Source: Acidisphaera sp. (GTDB taxonomy: Bacteria; Pseudomonadota; Alphaproteobacteria; Acetobacterales; Acetobacteraceae). From it: a stretch of 64,000 bases of DNA. Every line of letters begins with the position of its first letter. Within the stretch, counting starts at the first letter, position 1. The notes below the pieces were generated by a model, which worked only from the letters and a program-made list of their open reading frames with translations, had not been told where the DNA came from and ran no database searches. The DNA lies in assembly GCA_035272265.1 (NCBI GenBank), contig DATEQV010000162.1, positions 379 through 64,378 on the forward strand, in the 5' to 3' direction. Below, in pieces: positions 18,348 to 29,549 of the stretch. The translations under genes were made by a program, and so were the position numbers.

Positions 18348-18857
18348 CTACCGCTTGCTGAACTGGAAGCTGCGCCGCGCCTTGGCCTTGCCGTACTTCT
18401 TGCGCTCGACCACGCGCGAATCACGCGTCAGGAACCCTGCCACTTTCAGGATCGCGCGCAGCTCCGGGTCGTAATAGGTCAGCGCGCGGCTGATGCCGTG
18501 ACGCACCGCGCCGGCCTGGCCCGACAGGCCGCCGCCGTTGACGGTGCAGTAGACGTCGAACTGGTTGTAGCGGTCGGTGACCAGGAACGGCTGGGTGATC
18601 AGCATCCGCAGCACGGGACGGGCGAAATATTGCGCCGCCTTCTTGCCGTTGACCATGATCTCGCCCTTGCCGGCCTTGATCCAGACGCGCGCCACCGACT
18701 CCTTGCGCCGGCCCGTGGCGTAGCTGCGGCCCATGGCGTCGCGCTTGGGCTCGCGCTTGACCGCCGCCCCCGGCTCGCCGGGCGCCGGCTGGCTGCCAGC
18801 GATCCCGAGGTCCTTGAGGTCGGCGAACGTGCCGGAGCGTGTCTGCGTGCCTGACAT
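18348..18857 (-). CDS. rpsI: 30S ribosomal protein S9
   Basis: [33 protein letters not shown]. Confidence 0.98.
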   Translation of the reverse strand: MSGTQTRSGTFADLKDLGIAGSQPAPGEPGAAVKREPKRDAMGRSYATGRRKESVARVWIKAGKGEIMVNGKKAAQYFARPVLRMLITQPFLVTDRYNQFDVYCTVNGGGLSGQAGAVRHGISRALTYYDPELRAILKVAGFLTRDSRVVERKKYGKAKARRSFQFSKR

Positions 18858-18867
18858 GGATGCCCCC

Positions 18868-19332
18868 TCAGATGCGTGCGTTCTTGCGGTTCATCGCCGC
18901 GATATCGACCTTGCGTGGCTGCTGCCCGTCATGCGGATGTTCGGGCCCGGCGTACACGTACAGGTGCTTCATCTGTTTGCGCTGCAGCGGGCCGCGTGTG
19001 ATCATCCGCTCCACCGCCTTCTGGATCACCCGCTCGGGGTGCGCGCTGTCCAGGCGCTGCCGGATCGTGCGGCCCTTGATGCCGCCGGGATAGCCGGTGT
19101 GGTAGTAGAACACCGACTGGTCGATTTTGTTGCCCGTCACGCGCACCTTGCGGGCGTTGACGATGACAACGTGGTCGCCGCAGTCGACATGCGGCGTGAA
19201 CTGCGGCTTGTGCTTGCCGCGCAGGCGGTTGGCGACGATGGCGGCGAGCCGGCCGAGGACGAGGCCCTCGGCGTCGATCAGCACCCAGTCCTTCTTGACG
19301 TCCGCCGGCTTGAGCGAGGCCGTGGTCTTCAT
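18868..19332 (-). CDS. rplM: 50S ribosomal protein L13
   Basis: [32 protein letters not shown]. Confidence 0.98.
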   Translation of the reverse strand: MKTTASLKPADVKKDWVLIDAEGLVLGRLAAIVANRLRGKHKPQFTPHVDCGDHVVIVNARKVRVTGNKIDQSVFYYHTGYPGGIKGRTIRQRLDSAHPERVIQKAVERMITRGPLQRKQMKHLYVYAGPEHPHDGQQPRKVDIAAMNRKNARI

Positions 19333-19362
19333 GGCAAAGTTCCGCGGGTTTGGGAGAGGCGC

Positions 19363-19393
19363 GCTATATCCCCGCCGAAGGCCGGTCTGTCAA
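19363..19393 (-). promoter_or_regulatory. Sigma70-type promoter of rplM-rpsI
   Basis: Minus strand TTGACA-17 nt-GATATAGC. Confidence 0.55.
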
Positions 19394-19402
19394 TGGTTCC
19401 GG

Positions 19403-19426
19403 GCTGTGGTAAAACCATACCACAGC
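19403..19426. promoter_or_regulatory. Palindromic operator upstream of the IlvD/Edd paralog (GntR/FadR-like)
   Basis: GCTGTGGTA-AAACCA-TACCACAGC, a perfect 9-6-9 inverted repeat containing TGGT-N3-ACCA. Confidence 0.55.
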
Positions 19427-19463
19427 TTGAAAGGGCGCATGGCGCGGGCGCAGCATGGCTCCC

Positions 19464-21149
19464 ATGAGCGATAAACCGCACGGGCTTGGCCGTAACGCGG
19501 CCAATTACGGCGACCCCGAGTTCGCACTCTACCTGCGCCGGTCCTTCGCGCTCTCGATGGGCTACTCCCGCGAGATGCTGGACCGCCCGGTGGTCGGCAT
19601 CGTCGATACCGCGTCGGGATACAACAACTGCCACCGGACGGTTCCCGAGCTGATCGAGGCGATCAAGCGCGGCGTGCTGGCGTCCGGCGGACTGCCCCTG
19701 CCCTTCCCCACGGTGTCGCTGTGCGAGCCATCGCTGTTCCCGACCTCGATGCACTACCGCAACCTCGCGGCACTCGACACCGAGGCCATGCTGCGCGCGC
19801 AGCCGATGGACGCGGCCGTGCTGGTCAGCGGCTGCGACAAGACCGTGCCGGCACAGCTGATGGCCGCCGCGTCGGCGGACATTCCGTGCGTCGCGGTGGT
19901 GACGGGGCCGATGCTGGCGACGCCGTACGAAGGCGAGCGGCTCGCCGCCTGCACCGACTGCCGCCGCTACTGGGCAGCGTATCGCGCGGGCACGGTCGAC
20001 GAGGAGCGCATCGGCCGCATCGAGGCGCGGCTGGCGCAGACCGCCGGCACCTGCGGCGTGATGGGCACGGCGAGCACGATGGCGTGCCTGACCGAGGCGC
20101 TCGGCTTCATGCCGCCCGGCACCGCCGCGATCCCCGCCGTGCACGCCGACCGGCTGCGCGCCGCCGAGGAAGCCGGCCGCCTGGCGATGCGCCTCGCGGC
20201 CACTCCGGTTCGCCCGTCGGCGCTGGTCACGCCGCATTCGGTCGAGAACGCGCTGCGGGTGCTGCTGGCACTCGGCGGCTCGACCAATGCGCTGATCCAC
20301 CTGACCGCGATCGCCGGCCGCCGTGGCATCGCCATCGCCCTGCATCGGCTCAACGAACTCAGCGACACGACGCCTGTCCTCGTCGACCTGAAGCCGACCG
20401 GCACCGGCTACATGGAGGACTTCCACGCCGCCGGCGGGATGCCGGCGCTGCTGTGGGAGCTGCGGCATCTGCTGCACGGCGACACGCCGGACGTCACCGG
20501 CCGGACGCTGTCGGAACGGCTCTCGAAGCCGGCCTATGTCGACCGCGGCATCATCCGCGCCGCCGACGAGCCGATCTCGCCGCATGGCGGGCTGGTCGCG
20601 CTGTTCGGCTCGCTCGCGCCGCGCGGCGCCATCGTCAAGCGCAGCGCGGCAACCCCGGCGCTGTTCGAGGGCGAGCGGCGTTGCGTGGTGTTCGACGGCC
20701 TCGCCGACCTCGCCGAGCGGATCGACGATCCGGCGCTGGACGTGACGCAAGATGACGCGCTGGTGCTGAAGAACGCCGGCCCGCTGTCTGCCGCCGGGAT
20801 GCCGGAGGCCGGCTATCTGCCGATCCCGAAGAAGCTCGCCCGGGCGGGCGTGAAGGACATGGTGCGCGTCAGCGACTGCCGCATGTCCGGCACCGCTTTC
20901 GGCACGATCGTGCTGCACGTCGCACCGGAAGCGGCGGCCGGCGGTCCGCTGGCACTGGTGCAGACCGGCGACCGGCTGCTTATGTCGGTGCGCGAGCGCC
21001 GCATCGACCTGCTGGTCGACGACGCGGAACTCGCGCGCCGCTTCGCGGGGTGGTTGCCGCCGCCGCGCCCGGCGCGGGGCTGGGACCGGCTGGTGGCCGA
21101 GCAGGTGCTGCAGGCCGACGAAGGCTGCGACCTCGCCGTGCTGCGCTAG
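19464..21149 (+). CDS. IlvD/Edd family dehydratase (possibly a sugar-acid dehydratase)
   Basis: NNCH, GCDKT, GTCGVMGTASTM, GGSTNA, SDCRMSGT..LHVAPEA. Confidence 0.9.
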   Translation: MSDKPHGLGRNAANYGDPEFALYLRRSFALSMGYSREMLDRPVVGIVDTASGYNNCHRTVPELIEAIKRGVLASGGLPLPFPTVSLCEPSLFPTSMHYRNLAALDTEAMLRAQPMDAAVLVSGCDKTVPAQLMAAASADIPCVAVVTGPMLATPYEGERLAACTDCRRYWAAYRAGTVDEERIGRIEARLAQTAGTCGVMGTASTMACLTEALGFMPPGTAAIPAVHADRLRAAEEAGRLAMRLAATPVRPSALVTPHSVENALRVLLALGGSTNALIHLTAIAGRRGIAIALHRLNELSDTTPVLVDLKPTGTGYMEDFHAAGGMPALLWELRHLLHGDTPDVTGRTLSERLSKPAYVDRGIIRAADEPISPHGGLVALFGSLAPRGAIVKRSAATPALFEGERRCVVFDGLADLAERIDDPALDVTQDDALVLKNAGPLSAAGMPEAGYLPIPKKLARAGVKDMVRVSDCRMSGTAFGTIVLHVAPEAAAGGPLALVQTGDRLLMSVRERRIDLLVDDAELARRFAGWLPPPRPARGWDRLVAEQVLQADEGCDLAVLR

Positions 21150-21153
21150 CGTC

Positions 21154-22026
21154 TTGGAGGCGGTGCATCTGATCGGCGCCTCCGGGCGCTCGGGCGGCGC
21201 GCTCGCCCGCGCGCTGCAGGCGCAGGGCACGCCGGTCGTGCCGGTCGTTCGCGACCCGTCGCGCTGGTCCGGCGTGACGCCTCGCGTCGCCGACCTGCGC
21301 GATCCGGCCGCCCTTCGCACGGCGCTGGCGGACGCGCGCCGCATCGTCTCCTGCGCACATGCGCGCCACACCGCCTCGATCCTGGCCGCTGCACCTGCTG
21401 ATGCGATGTTCGTGCTGCTCGGCAGCACGCGGAAGTTCACGCGCTGGCCCGACGAGCATGGCCGTGGCGTGCTGGCCGGCGAGACAGCGTGGCTCGCGTC
21501 CGGACGCCGCGGCGTGATGCTGCACCCGACGATGATCTACGGCGCGCAAGGCGAGGACAACGTGCAGCGCCTGTCGCGCCTGCTGCGGCGGCTGCCGGTC
21601 GTGCCGCTTCCGGGCGGCGGCGCCACGCGCATCCAGCCGATCCACCAGACCGACGTCACACGCTGCGTGCTCGCGGCGCTCGCGATCGACTGGGCCGGCC
21701 CGGAGACGCTGGTGATCGCCGGCCCGGAGCCGGTGACCTATGCCGACTTCGTCCGCGCCGTCGCGCACGCCGCCGGGCTGCGTCCGCCGCGGCTGGTCAG
21801 CGCGCCGGCGCCGCTTCTGATGGCGGCCGCCGCATTGACGCGGCTGATCCCCGGCGTGCCGACCATCCGCCCGGCCGAAATCCGGCGGCTGCTCGAGGAC
21901 AAGACCTTCGACATCGCCCCGATGACGGCGCGGCTCGGTGTGCGCCCGATCGGGCTGGCGGAGGGGCTGGCGACCACCTTCAGAATCCTATCTGAAAAAA
22001 GGCCTAGACTCGCGGCGACGGCCTGA
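21154..22026 (+). CDS. NAD(P)-binding epimerase / atypical SDR family protein
   Basis: IGASGRSG, PTMIYG, QPIH..DV, IAGPE. Confidence 0.8.
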   Translation: MEAVHLIGASGRSGGALARALQAQGTPVVPVVRDPSRWSGVTPRVADLRDPAALRTALADARRIVSCAHARHTASILAAAPADAMFVLLGSTRKFTRWPDEHGRGVLAGETAWLASGRRGVMLHPTMIYGAQGEDNVQRLSRLLRRLPVVPLPGGGATRIQPIHQTDVTRCVLAALAIDWAGPETLVIAGPEPVTYADFVRAVAHAAGLRPPRLVSAPAPLLMAAAALTRLIPGVPTIRPAEIRRLLEDKTFDIAPMTARLGVRPIGLAEGLATTFRILSEKRPRLAATA

Positions 22027-22082
22027 ATACAATCCTTGGTCGTGAGCCCGCCGTGGCGGCGGGAAGATGAGGGATTGCGCCG

Positions 22083-22760
22083 ATGACCGCTCCGCACTGG
22101 CCGACGCCGCACGACAGCTTCAGCGCCGCCATCCTGACCTGGGAGGGCACCTTGGAGGACGACCCGAACGATGCCGGCAATTACGCCCATGGCTGGGACG
22201 GCAGCGTCCGGCTGGTCGGCACGATGCGCGGCGTCACGCCCGACACCTATGCGAGCTACCTGAAGATAGATCCCGCGACGCTCACGGCCGCGCGCATGCA
22301 GAGCGAGATCAGCGCCGACGTCGCCGCCAATATCGAGCTGAGGCTGTATTACGTCGATCCGGGCTTCTCGATCCTGACATGGTCGCCGCTGGTCGCGGCG
22401 GCAGTCGATCTCGGCTGGGGCTCCGGCCCGATGCTGGCGATCCGCGTGCTGCAGTCGCTCGCCGGAGCGATGGTCGACGGCGTCATCGGGCCGCAGACGC
22501 GGCACGCGGTGGACGCCTATGTCGAGGCGAACGACATCGCCGCGGCCTGCGATGCGTTCGCCGACAAGCGCGCCGCGTTCTACCGCGCCATCAGCCAGCC
22601 CGGTTCGCAGAACGCGCGGTTCCGCGCCGGTTGGCTCAACCGCGCGAACTGGTTCCGCCCATCCAACCCGGCCTGGTGGACGGCGTGGGCCGGCTGGACG
22701 ATGCCCGTGCCCGTCGCGTCGTCGTTCCTGCCCGCCGGCATGGCAGTCATCGACGCCTGA
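22083..22760 (+). CDS. GH108 lysozyme-like protein with peptidoglycan-binding C-terminus
   Basis: EG...DPNDAG..T.RGVT catalytic-like motif; LQ..AG..VDGVIGPQT; FRAGWLNR. Confidence 0.75.
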   Translation: MTAPHWPTPHDSFSAAILTWEGTLEDDPNDAGNYAHGWDGSVRLVGTMRGVTPDTYASYLKIDPATLTAARMQSEISADVAANIELRLYYVDPGFSILTWSPLVAAAVDLGWGSGPMLAIRVLQSLAGAMVDGVIGPQTRHAVDAYVEANDIAAACDAFADKRAAFYRAISQPGSQNARFRAGWLNRANWFRPSNPAWWTAWAGWTMPVPVASSFLPAGMAVIDA

Positions 22761-22819
22761 TGCCTTGCGGCGCCGTCGCGGTCGGTGGAACGTCCGCCCA
22801 CCCCGAGCGGAGTGCGCCC

Positions 22820-23992
22820 ATGCCCGTCATCAACCGGATCGCCGACATGCACGACGAGATGACGGCGTGGCGGCACGACATCCACGCGCATCCGGAACTC
22901 GGCTTCCAGGAGTTCCGCACCAGCGCGCTGGTCGCCGACAAGCTGCGTGAGTTCGGCGCCGACGAGGTCCACCCTGGGATCGGCGGCACCGGCGTGGTCG
23001 GCATCATTCACGGCCAGGACAAGGGCGACGCGATCGGCCTGCGCGCCGATATCGACGCGCTGCCGATCGAGGAAGCGACCGGTGTTCCGTATGCGTCGAA
23101 GAACAACGGCGTGATGCACGCCTGCGGGCACGACGGCCACACGACGATGCTGCTGGGGGCGGCGAAATACCTCGCCGAGACGGGCAACTTCTCCGGCACC
23201 GTCTACACGATCTTCCAGTGCGCCGAGGAGAGCCTCGGCGGCGCGATGCGGATGATCGACGACGGGCTGTTCGAGCGCTTCCCGATGAAGCAGGTGTACG
23301 GGCTGCACAACTGGCCGTCGATGCCGACGGGGCAGCTGCAGACGCGCGACGGGCCGATCATGGCGGCGGCGGCGAACATCACCATCGAGATCACCGGCAA
23401 GGGCGCGCATGGCGCCTATCCGCACCGCTCGCGCGACCCGATCGTCGCGGCGGCGGCGATAATCGGCGAGCTGCAATCGATCGTCGGCCGCAACGTCGAC
23501 CCGCTGGACGCCGCCGTGGTGACCATCGCGCACATCCATGCCGGCACGACGTTGAACGTCATCCCCGAGACGGCACGGATGCTCGGCACGGCGCGCTGGC
23601 TGCGGGCGGAGACCGGCGATCTGATCGAGCGGCGGATGACCCAGATCGTCAACGGCATCGCCGCGCTGCACGGCTGCACCGCGTCGATGATCTTCCAGCG
23701 CGCGTTCTCCGTCACCGTCAATCACGCCGAAGAAAATGCGCTCGCCCGGCGCGCCGCGGAGACCGTGCTCGGCCAGGAGCGGGTCACGACCCTGCCGGTG
23801 CCGACGATGGGCAGCGAGGATTTCGGCTACATGCTGGAGCGCCGCCCGGGCGCCTACGCGATGCTGGGAGGCGCGCGGACCAACGACGATCCCGGCCTGC
23901 ACCACCCGCGCTACGACTTCAACGACGAGATCCTGCCGCTCGGCGCGAGCTACTGGGCCACGCTGGTGGAGCAGTTGCTGCCGCGCGCCTGA
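22820..23992 (+). CDS. M20D amidohydrolase (hippurate hydrolase-like)
   Basis: HAHPELGFQE, LRADIDALP, MHACGHDGH, EDF, LHHP.YDFND. Confidence 0.92.
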   Translation: MPVINRIADMHDEMTAWRHDIHAHPELGFQEFRTSALVADKLREFGADEVHPGIGGTGVVGIIHGQDKGDAIGLRADIDALPIEEATGVPYASKNNGVMHACGHDGHTTMLLGAAKYLAETGNFSGTVYTIFQCAEESLGGAMRMIDDGLFERFPMKQVYGLHNWPSMPTGQLQTRDGPIMAAAANITIEITGKGAHGAYPHRSRDPIVAAAAIIGELQSIVGRNVDPLDAAVVTIAHIHAGTTLNVIPETARMLGTARWLRAETGDLIERRMTQIVNGIAALHGCTASMIFQRAFSVTVNHAEENALARRAAETVLGQERVTTLPVPTMGSEDFGYMLERRPGAYAMLGGARTNDDPGLHHPRYDFNDEILPLGASYWATLVEQLLPRA

Positions 23993-24000
23993 TACTCCGC

Positions 24001-24636
24001 TCAGATGTGCAACGCCGCGTGCAGCCCGTCGAGCGTGATCTGCGCCGCCAGGGCCGCGAGCAGCACGCCGAGCACGCGGCCGATCACGTTCGAACCCGTC
24101 GGCCCAATGACACGCGACACCCAAGGAGCGGCAAGCAACCCCACGAGCTGCACGAAGATCGCCACCACCAGCGCCGCCTCGATCGCGCCGATGCGCACCG
24201 CGTCGCCGGACGCCGAACTGTGCAGCAGCACCATCGTCGTCATCGCGCCCGGTCCGGCAATCAGCGGAATCGCGAGCGGGAAGACGCTGATGTCCTCTTC
24301 GGTGCGGATCGCCGCCTCGCGCTCCGTCTCCGTCTCTCGCACGGCACCCCGTCCGGTCACCATCTCGGCGGCGGTGATGAACAGCAGGATACCGCCGGCA
24401 ACCCGCATGGCCGGCAGCCCGATGCCGAGCGAGCGCAGCAGCGCCTCGCCCGCCAGCCCGAACGTGGCGAGCACCACGAACGCGATCACGCACGCGCGCA
24501 CCGCCTGCTCGCGTCGCTCGGCCGGCGTATCGCGCGGCGTCATCACCGTGAACAGCGCGGCCGTGCCCGCCGGATCGAAGATCACCAGCAGCGCCACCAG
24601 CGCATAGCCGAAGCTGTCGAGCGCCGAGGCGATCAC
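24001..24636 (-). CDS. MarC family membrane protein
   Basis: IFDPAG, VAGGILLF, FPLAIPLIAGPGAM, RVLGVLLAALA. Confidence 0.9.
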   Translation of the reverse strand: MIASALDSFGYALVALLVIFDPAGTAALFTVMTPRDTPAERREQAVRACVIAFVVLATFGLAGEALLRSLGIGLPAMRVAGGILLFITAAEMVTGRGAVRETETEREAAIRTEEDISVFPLAIPLIAGPGAMTTMVLLHSSASGDAVRIGAIEAALVVAIFVQLVGLLAAPWVSRVIGPTGSNVIGRVLGVLLAALAAQITLDGLHAALHI

Positions 24637-25292
24637 GTGCGCCGGCCGCTGCGCCGCTCGTAGGCCTGCACGGCGAGCGTCGTCGGCAGCAGCAGCGCGA
24701 AATAGACCAGTGCCACGACCGTATAGACCTCCATCGGCCGGTAGGTGTCGGCGGTGATCAGCTCGCCCTGATACAGCAGGTCCGGCACGGTGATGACGGA
24801 GACCAGCGACGTGTTCTTCAGCTGGATGATCGACTGGTTCATGAACGGCGGCACCATCCGGCGGATCGCCTGGGGCAGGACCACCAGCCGCATCATCTGC
24901 CACGGCGACAGTCCGATCGCCCGCGCCGCGTCCCACTGCCCGCGCTCGATCGACACGATGCCGCCGCGGAAGATCTCGGCGTAGAAGGCCGCCGTGTAGC
25001 ACGACAGGACGAGCGTGGCGGTGGTCCACTTCGACAGCTCGATCCCCGTCAGCTTCGGCATCGCGTAGTAGAACCAGATCATCTGCACCAGCAGCGGCGT
25101 GCAGCGGAACGCCTCGACGAACGCGATCAGCGGTGCGTTGACGATCCACAAGCCACTGAGCCGCCCGATCCCGATCACCAGTCCGAGCAGCAAGCCGAGA
25201 ACGATCGAGCCGATGGTGTAGGCGATGGTGATCGCGACACCGTCGACGAACAACGGCGTGTAGCGCAGCAGGAAGCCGAAGTCCCAGTTCAC
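24633..25292 (-). CDS. Polar amino-acid ABC transporter permease
   Basis: FRCTPLLVQ, AEIFRGGI..GQWDAA, LKNTSL. Confidence 0.92.
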   Translation of the reverse strand: MNWDFGFLLRYTPLFVDGVAITIAYTIGSIVLGLLLGLVIGIGRLSGLWIVNAPLIAFVEAFRCTPLLVQMIWFYYAMPKLTGIELSKWTTATLVLSCYTAAFYAEIFRGGIVSIERGQWDAARAIGLSPWQMMRLVVLPQAIRRMVPPFMNQSIIQLKNTSLVSVITVPDLLYQGELITADTYRPMEVYTVVALVYFALLLPTTLAVQAYERRSGRRT

Positions 25293-25313
25293 CTGCGCGG
25301 CCCGCGCGCGGGA

Positions 25314-26156
25314 TCAGAACACCAGGTTGGGCGGCAACTGGTCCGGCTGCACGCCGACCTTGGCGAGGCCTTCGATGATGTACTGGCGCAGACTGCCGAT
25401 GCCGCGGTTGAACTCCAGATAGGCGTTGATGACGTCGAGGAACTTCGTGTCCGGCTCGTACTGCACGGCGGCGTTGGACGGCAGCGACACCAGCGGATCG
25501 GTCAGCAGGTAGTAGCGGCCGAGGTCCGGGTTCTTCGCCACCGCCGTCAGCCCCAGCGTCGTAGCCAGCACGTCGACGTCCACGCGGCCGGATTGCAGCG
25601 CGAGGATCGCCTCGTCGCGGTTACGGAAGCCGACGATCTGCGCCTTGGGCGCGAACCGCCGCGCCACCGTCTCGTGCAAGGAACCAAGATCGACCGCGAT
25701 TTTCACATCAGGATGGTTGATGTCCGACCAGGTCTTCGGCTCCAGGCCCTTTCGCGCCACGCAGCCGAACGGGTGGATGATGATCGGCTGGGTGAAGCGG
25801 ATCGACAGCGCGCGCTGCGGCGTCGGGTTCAGCGCGAAGGCGAGGTCGATCTTGTTGGACTGCAGGTCGAGCACCGAGTTGCCGTAGGTGCTCTCCACGT
25901 ACGCAAGCTGCGCGTCGAACACCTTGGCGATGTCCTTCGCCATCGAGATCGCGGCGCCGCTCCAGTCGCCGCTGGCGAGGTCCTTGGAGAACCACGGCAG
26001 CTCGCCCGGCAGGGCGGCGATGCGGATCGTCTTGGTGCGCTGCACGCGCTCGAACGTGCTTTCGCTCGCCGTCTCCGCCTGTGCGGGACGGGTCATCGCG
26101 GCGGCGGGCAAGAGGGCGGCCGCCGCGAGGCTGCGGCGAGGGATGCGGTCGTTCAT
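25314..26156 (-). CDS. Amino-acid ABC substrate-binding protein (family 3)
   Basis: RR-containing signal peptide; LQSNKIDL..TPQRA..F..P; ALQSGRVD. Confidence 0.85.
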   Translation of the reverse strand: MNDRIPRRSLAAAALLPAAAMTRPAQAETASESTFERVQRTKTIRIAALPGELPWFSKDLASGDWSGAAISMAKDIAKVFDAQLAYVESTYGNSVLDLQSNKIDLAFALNPTPQRALSIRFTQPIIIHPFGCVARKGLEPKTWSDINHPDVKIAVDLGSLHETVARRFAPKAQIVGFRNRDEAILALQSGRVDVDVLATTLGLTAVAKNPDLGRYYLLTDPLVSLPSNAAVQYEPDTKFLDVINAYLEFNRGIGSLRQYIIEGLAKVGVQPDQLPPNLVF

Positions 26157-26189
26157 GCGCGTGCTCCCCAAGGGCTCCAGAATGACGTT

Positions 26190-26874
<685 letters not shown>

Positions 26875-26891
<17 letters not shown>

Positions 26892-27600
26892 AGCGGTCGC
26901 CGAGATAGGCGCGGATGACGGCGGGGTCGCGCACCACGTCCGCCGGATGGCCCTGCGTCAGCACGCGGCCGAGGTCGAGCACCACCGCGCGGTCGATCAG
27001 CGGCAGCAGCACCTCCATGACGTGCTCGACCATGATGATCGCGACGCCGCGCGTGCGCACGTCGCGCACCAGCTGCATGCCGGCCTGCGCCTCGGTCGGC
27101 GTCAGGCCGGTCAGCATTTCGTCCAGCAGCAGCAGGTGCGGTTTGGTCGCCAGCGCACGGGCGATTTCCAGGCGGCGCTTCTCGGACGGCGTCAGGCCGA
27201 TGGCGGGGGCGTCGGCGCGGGCGGCGAGGCCGGTGAAGTCCAGCACCTCCAGCGCCGTCTCGGTCGCCGCACGGGCTCCGCGCGCGCGCGCGAAGGCGCC
27301 GACGATGACGTTCTCCAGCACCGTCATCGAGTCGAAACTGCGGACGACCTGGAACGTGCGCGCGATGCCGGCCTCCACGCAGGCGACAGGACCGAGGCCG
27401 CTGATGCGCGCGCCATCGAGCCTGATCTCGCCACGGTCGGGCGTGACCTGGCCGGCGATCGAATTGAACAGCGAGGTCTTGCCCGCGCCATTCGGCCCGA
27501 TCAGGCCGAGGATCTCGCCCTGCTGCACGTCGAAGCTGATATCGACGTTCGCGGCGACGCCGCCGAACGACTTGCTGACGCGATCGACCTCAAGCAGCAC
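26875..27600 (-). CDS. livG: Branched-chain-type ABC ATPase (LivG-like)
   Basis: GPNGAGKT, IARTFQ, LLLDE, VEHVM, AYLG. Confidence 0.9.
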
Positions 27601-28627
27601 GCGGGCTCTCCGCCACGTCGCCGGCGACGTCGCGCGGGGCGCGCACGCGGATGCCGAGCAGACTCGCCAGGCCCTGCGGGCGCAGCAAAGCGACGCCCAC
27701 GATCAGCGCGCCGTAGATCATCAGGTCGGTCCCCCTCCCCGACCCGCCGAGGTAGCTGCGCGACAGCTCCGACAGCGGGATCAGCACGGCGGCGCCGACC
27801 AGCGGTCCCCACAGCGTGCCGACGCCGCCCAGCACCGCGGGCAGCGCGATCAGGATCGACAGCTGGCCGTTCATCACGCTCTCGGGGTCGATGTAGCCGA
27901 CATACTGCGCATAGATCGCGCCGCCGATCCCGGTCAGCCCGCCGCTGATCGCCGCCGCCGCCATCTTGGAGCGGAAGACTCGCACGCCCAGGCTGCGCGC
28001 GGCGATCGGATCGTCCTTCACCGCGCGCCAGGAAAAGCCCCAGCGCGAGCCTTCGACCCACCATGCGGTGAGGAACGTCGCCGTCAGGAACGTCAAGGCG
28101 AGGATGTGGAACGGCAGCTTGTCGATGCGGAACTGCAGCCATAGCCAGCTGTCGCCAATCGCGCGCACATAGGGGATGTTGATGCCCTCGGCGGCGCTGA
28201 TCCAGTCCCAGTTGAGGAACAATTGGTAGCCGATCTCGCCAACCACCACGGTCGCGATGGCGTAGTAGTGGCCCGACAGGCGGAAACACGGCCAGCCGAC
28301 CAGCAGCGCGAGCAGGCCCGCGACCGCGCCGCCCGCGAACATGCCGAGCGTCGGCGGCACGCCGCCGCGCACCAGCAGCATCGTCGAGACGTACGCGCCG
28401 ACGCCAACATACAGCGCATGCCCGAGCGAGATCTGCCCGCAATAGCCGCCCAGCACGTTCCAGGCCTGCGCGAAGCCGGCGAACAGCAGGGTGATGATGA
28501 TGAGGTTGCGGGAGTACGTGTCGTGGACCGCGAGCGGCAGCAGTGCCAGCACGGCCAGCACGATGGCGCCCGCGATCAGCTCGCGGCGACGGCGGCGGGC
28601 GATCGTGGTGTGCGACGCGGCGGTCAC
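27590..28627 (-). CDS. livM: Branched-chain-type ABC permease (LivM-like)
   Basis: WNVLGGYCGQISLGH, YYAIAT, LGGVGTLWGP. Confidence 0.9.
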   Translation of the reverse strand: MTAASHTTIARRRRRELIAGAIVLAVLALLPLAVHDTYSRNLIIITLLFAGFAQAWNVLGGYCGQISLGHALYVGVGAYVSTMLLVRGGVPPTLGMFAGGAVAGLLALLVGWPCFRLSGHYYAIATVVVGEIGYQLFLNWDWISAAEGINIPYVRAIGDSWLWLQFRIDKLPFHILALTFLTATFLTAWWVEGSRWGFSWRAVKDDPIAARSLGVRVFRSKMAAAAISGGLTGIGGAIYAQYVGYIDPESVMNGQLSILIALPAVLGGVGTLWGPLVGAAVLIPLSELSRSYLGGSGRGTDLMIYGALIVGVALLRPQGLASLLGIRVRAPRDVAGDVAESPRAA

Positions 28628-29499
28628 AGCCGGCCGAACAGGCCGCGCGGGCGGACCATGAGCACCAACATGTAGATGGCGAACATGCCGACCTGCTTGA
28701 GCGCGGGCGAGATCAGCAACGCGGTGAAACTCTCCGTCTCGCCGATGAGGATGCCGGCGACCAGCGCACCCGTCAGGCTGCCGAAACCGCCCAGCGCGAC
28801 CGTCACATACGCAATCAGCGCGAAGTTCGCGCCGACATTCGGCGAGACGTAGTAGAACGTCGCCAGCATCGTCCCGGCGACGCCGACCGTCGCCGCACCC
28901 AGCCCCCAGCCGAGCCCGAAGATGCGGTCGCGGTCGATGCCGATCAGCGCCACCGCGTCGCGATCTTCGCGGGTGGCTTCGAGGGCGCGGCCGAATTCGG
29001 TGCGCGAGATCGCCAGCAATGCGGTAAAAGCCAGCAGGCACACCACGCCGGACGCGACCTGCGGCAGCGGCAGGTAGATGCCGGCGATGTCGGCGGTGCG
29101 GTTGGCGAGCAGCGACTGCGAGATGCTCTGGTACTCGCCGCCGAAGGCGAACTGCGCGGCGCCGCGGATGAAGATCGCCAGGCCGAAAGTGACGAAGATC
29201 TGCACCATGCCGCGGTTGAACGGCACCGACAGCGCGCGCACGATCAGCAGCCGGTAGATCGCGACACCCAGGCCGAACAGCAGCAGAGCGACCAGCGGCA
29301 GCTGCAGCAGCGGATCGAGCCCCGTGGCCTGCCAGATCAGGAAGGCGGCGAACATCGCCAGCATCAGCAGCTCGCCATGCGCGAAGTTCACCACGTCCAT
29401 CAGGCCGAAGATCAGGCTCAGCCCGGCCGCCACCAGCGCGTAGATCAGGCCCATCAGCAGGCCGCTCGCGGCAGCCTGAACGATGACGGCGGCGGTCAA
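28624..29499 (-). CDS. livH: Branched-chain-type ABC permease (LivH-like)
   Basis: YALVAAGLSLIFG..VVNFAHGE, LGGFGS, RPRGLFG; TTG start inferred. Confidence 0.9.
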   Translation of the reverse strand: MTAAVIVQAAASGLLMGLIYALVAAGLSLIFGLMDVVNFAHGELLMLAMFAAFLIWQATGLDPLLQLPLVALLLFGLGVAIYRLLIVRALSVPFNRGMVQIFVTFGLAIFIRGAAQFAFGGEYQSISQSLLANRTADIAGIYLPLPQVASGVVCLLAFTALLAISRTEFGRALEATREDRDAVALIGIDRDRIFGLGWGLGAATVGVAGTMLATFYYVSPNVGANFALIAYVTVALGGFGSLTGALVAGILIGETESFTALLISPALKQVGMFAIYMLVLMVRPRGLFGRL

Positions 29500-29549
29500 G
29501 CGCGCATTTCCGAATCGCCAGCCTTCTCGAGCGGCCCCTGGCCTTGGCC

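Noticed and set aside
22083..22760. Prophage around the lysozyme gene
   Set aside because: No structural, terminase, integrase or holin genes nearby.
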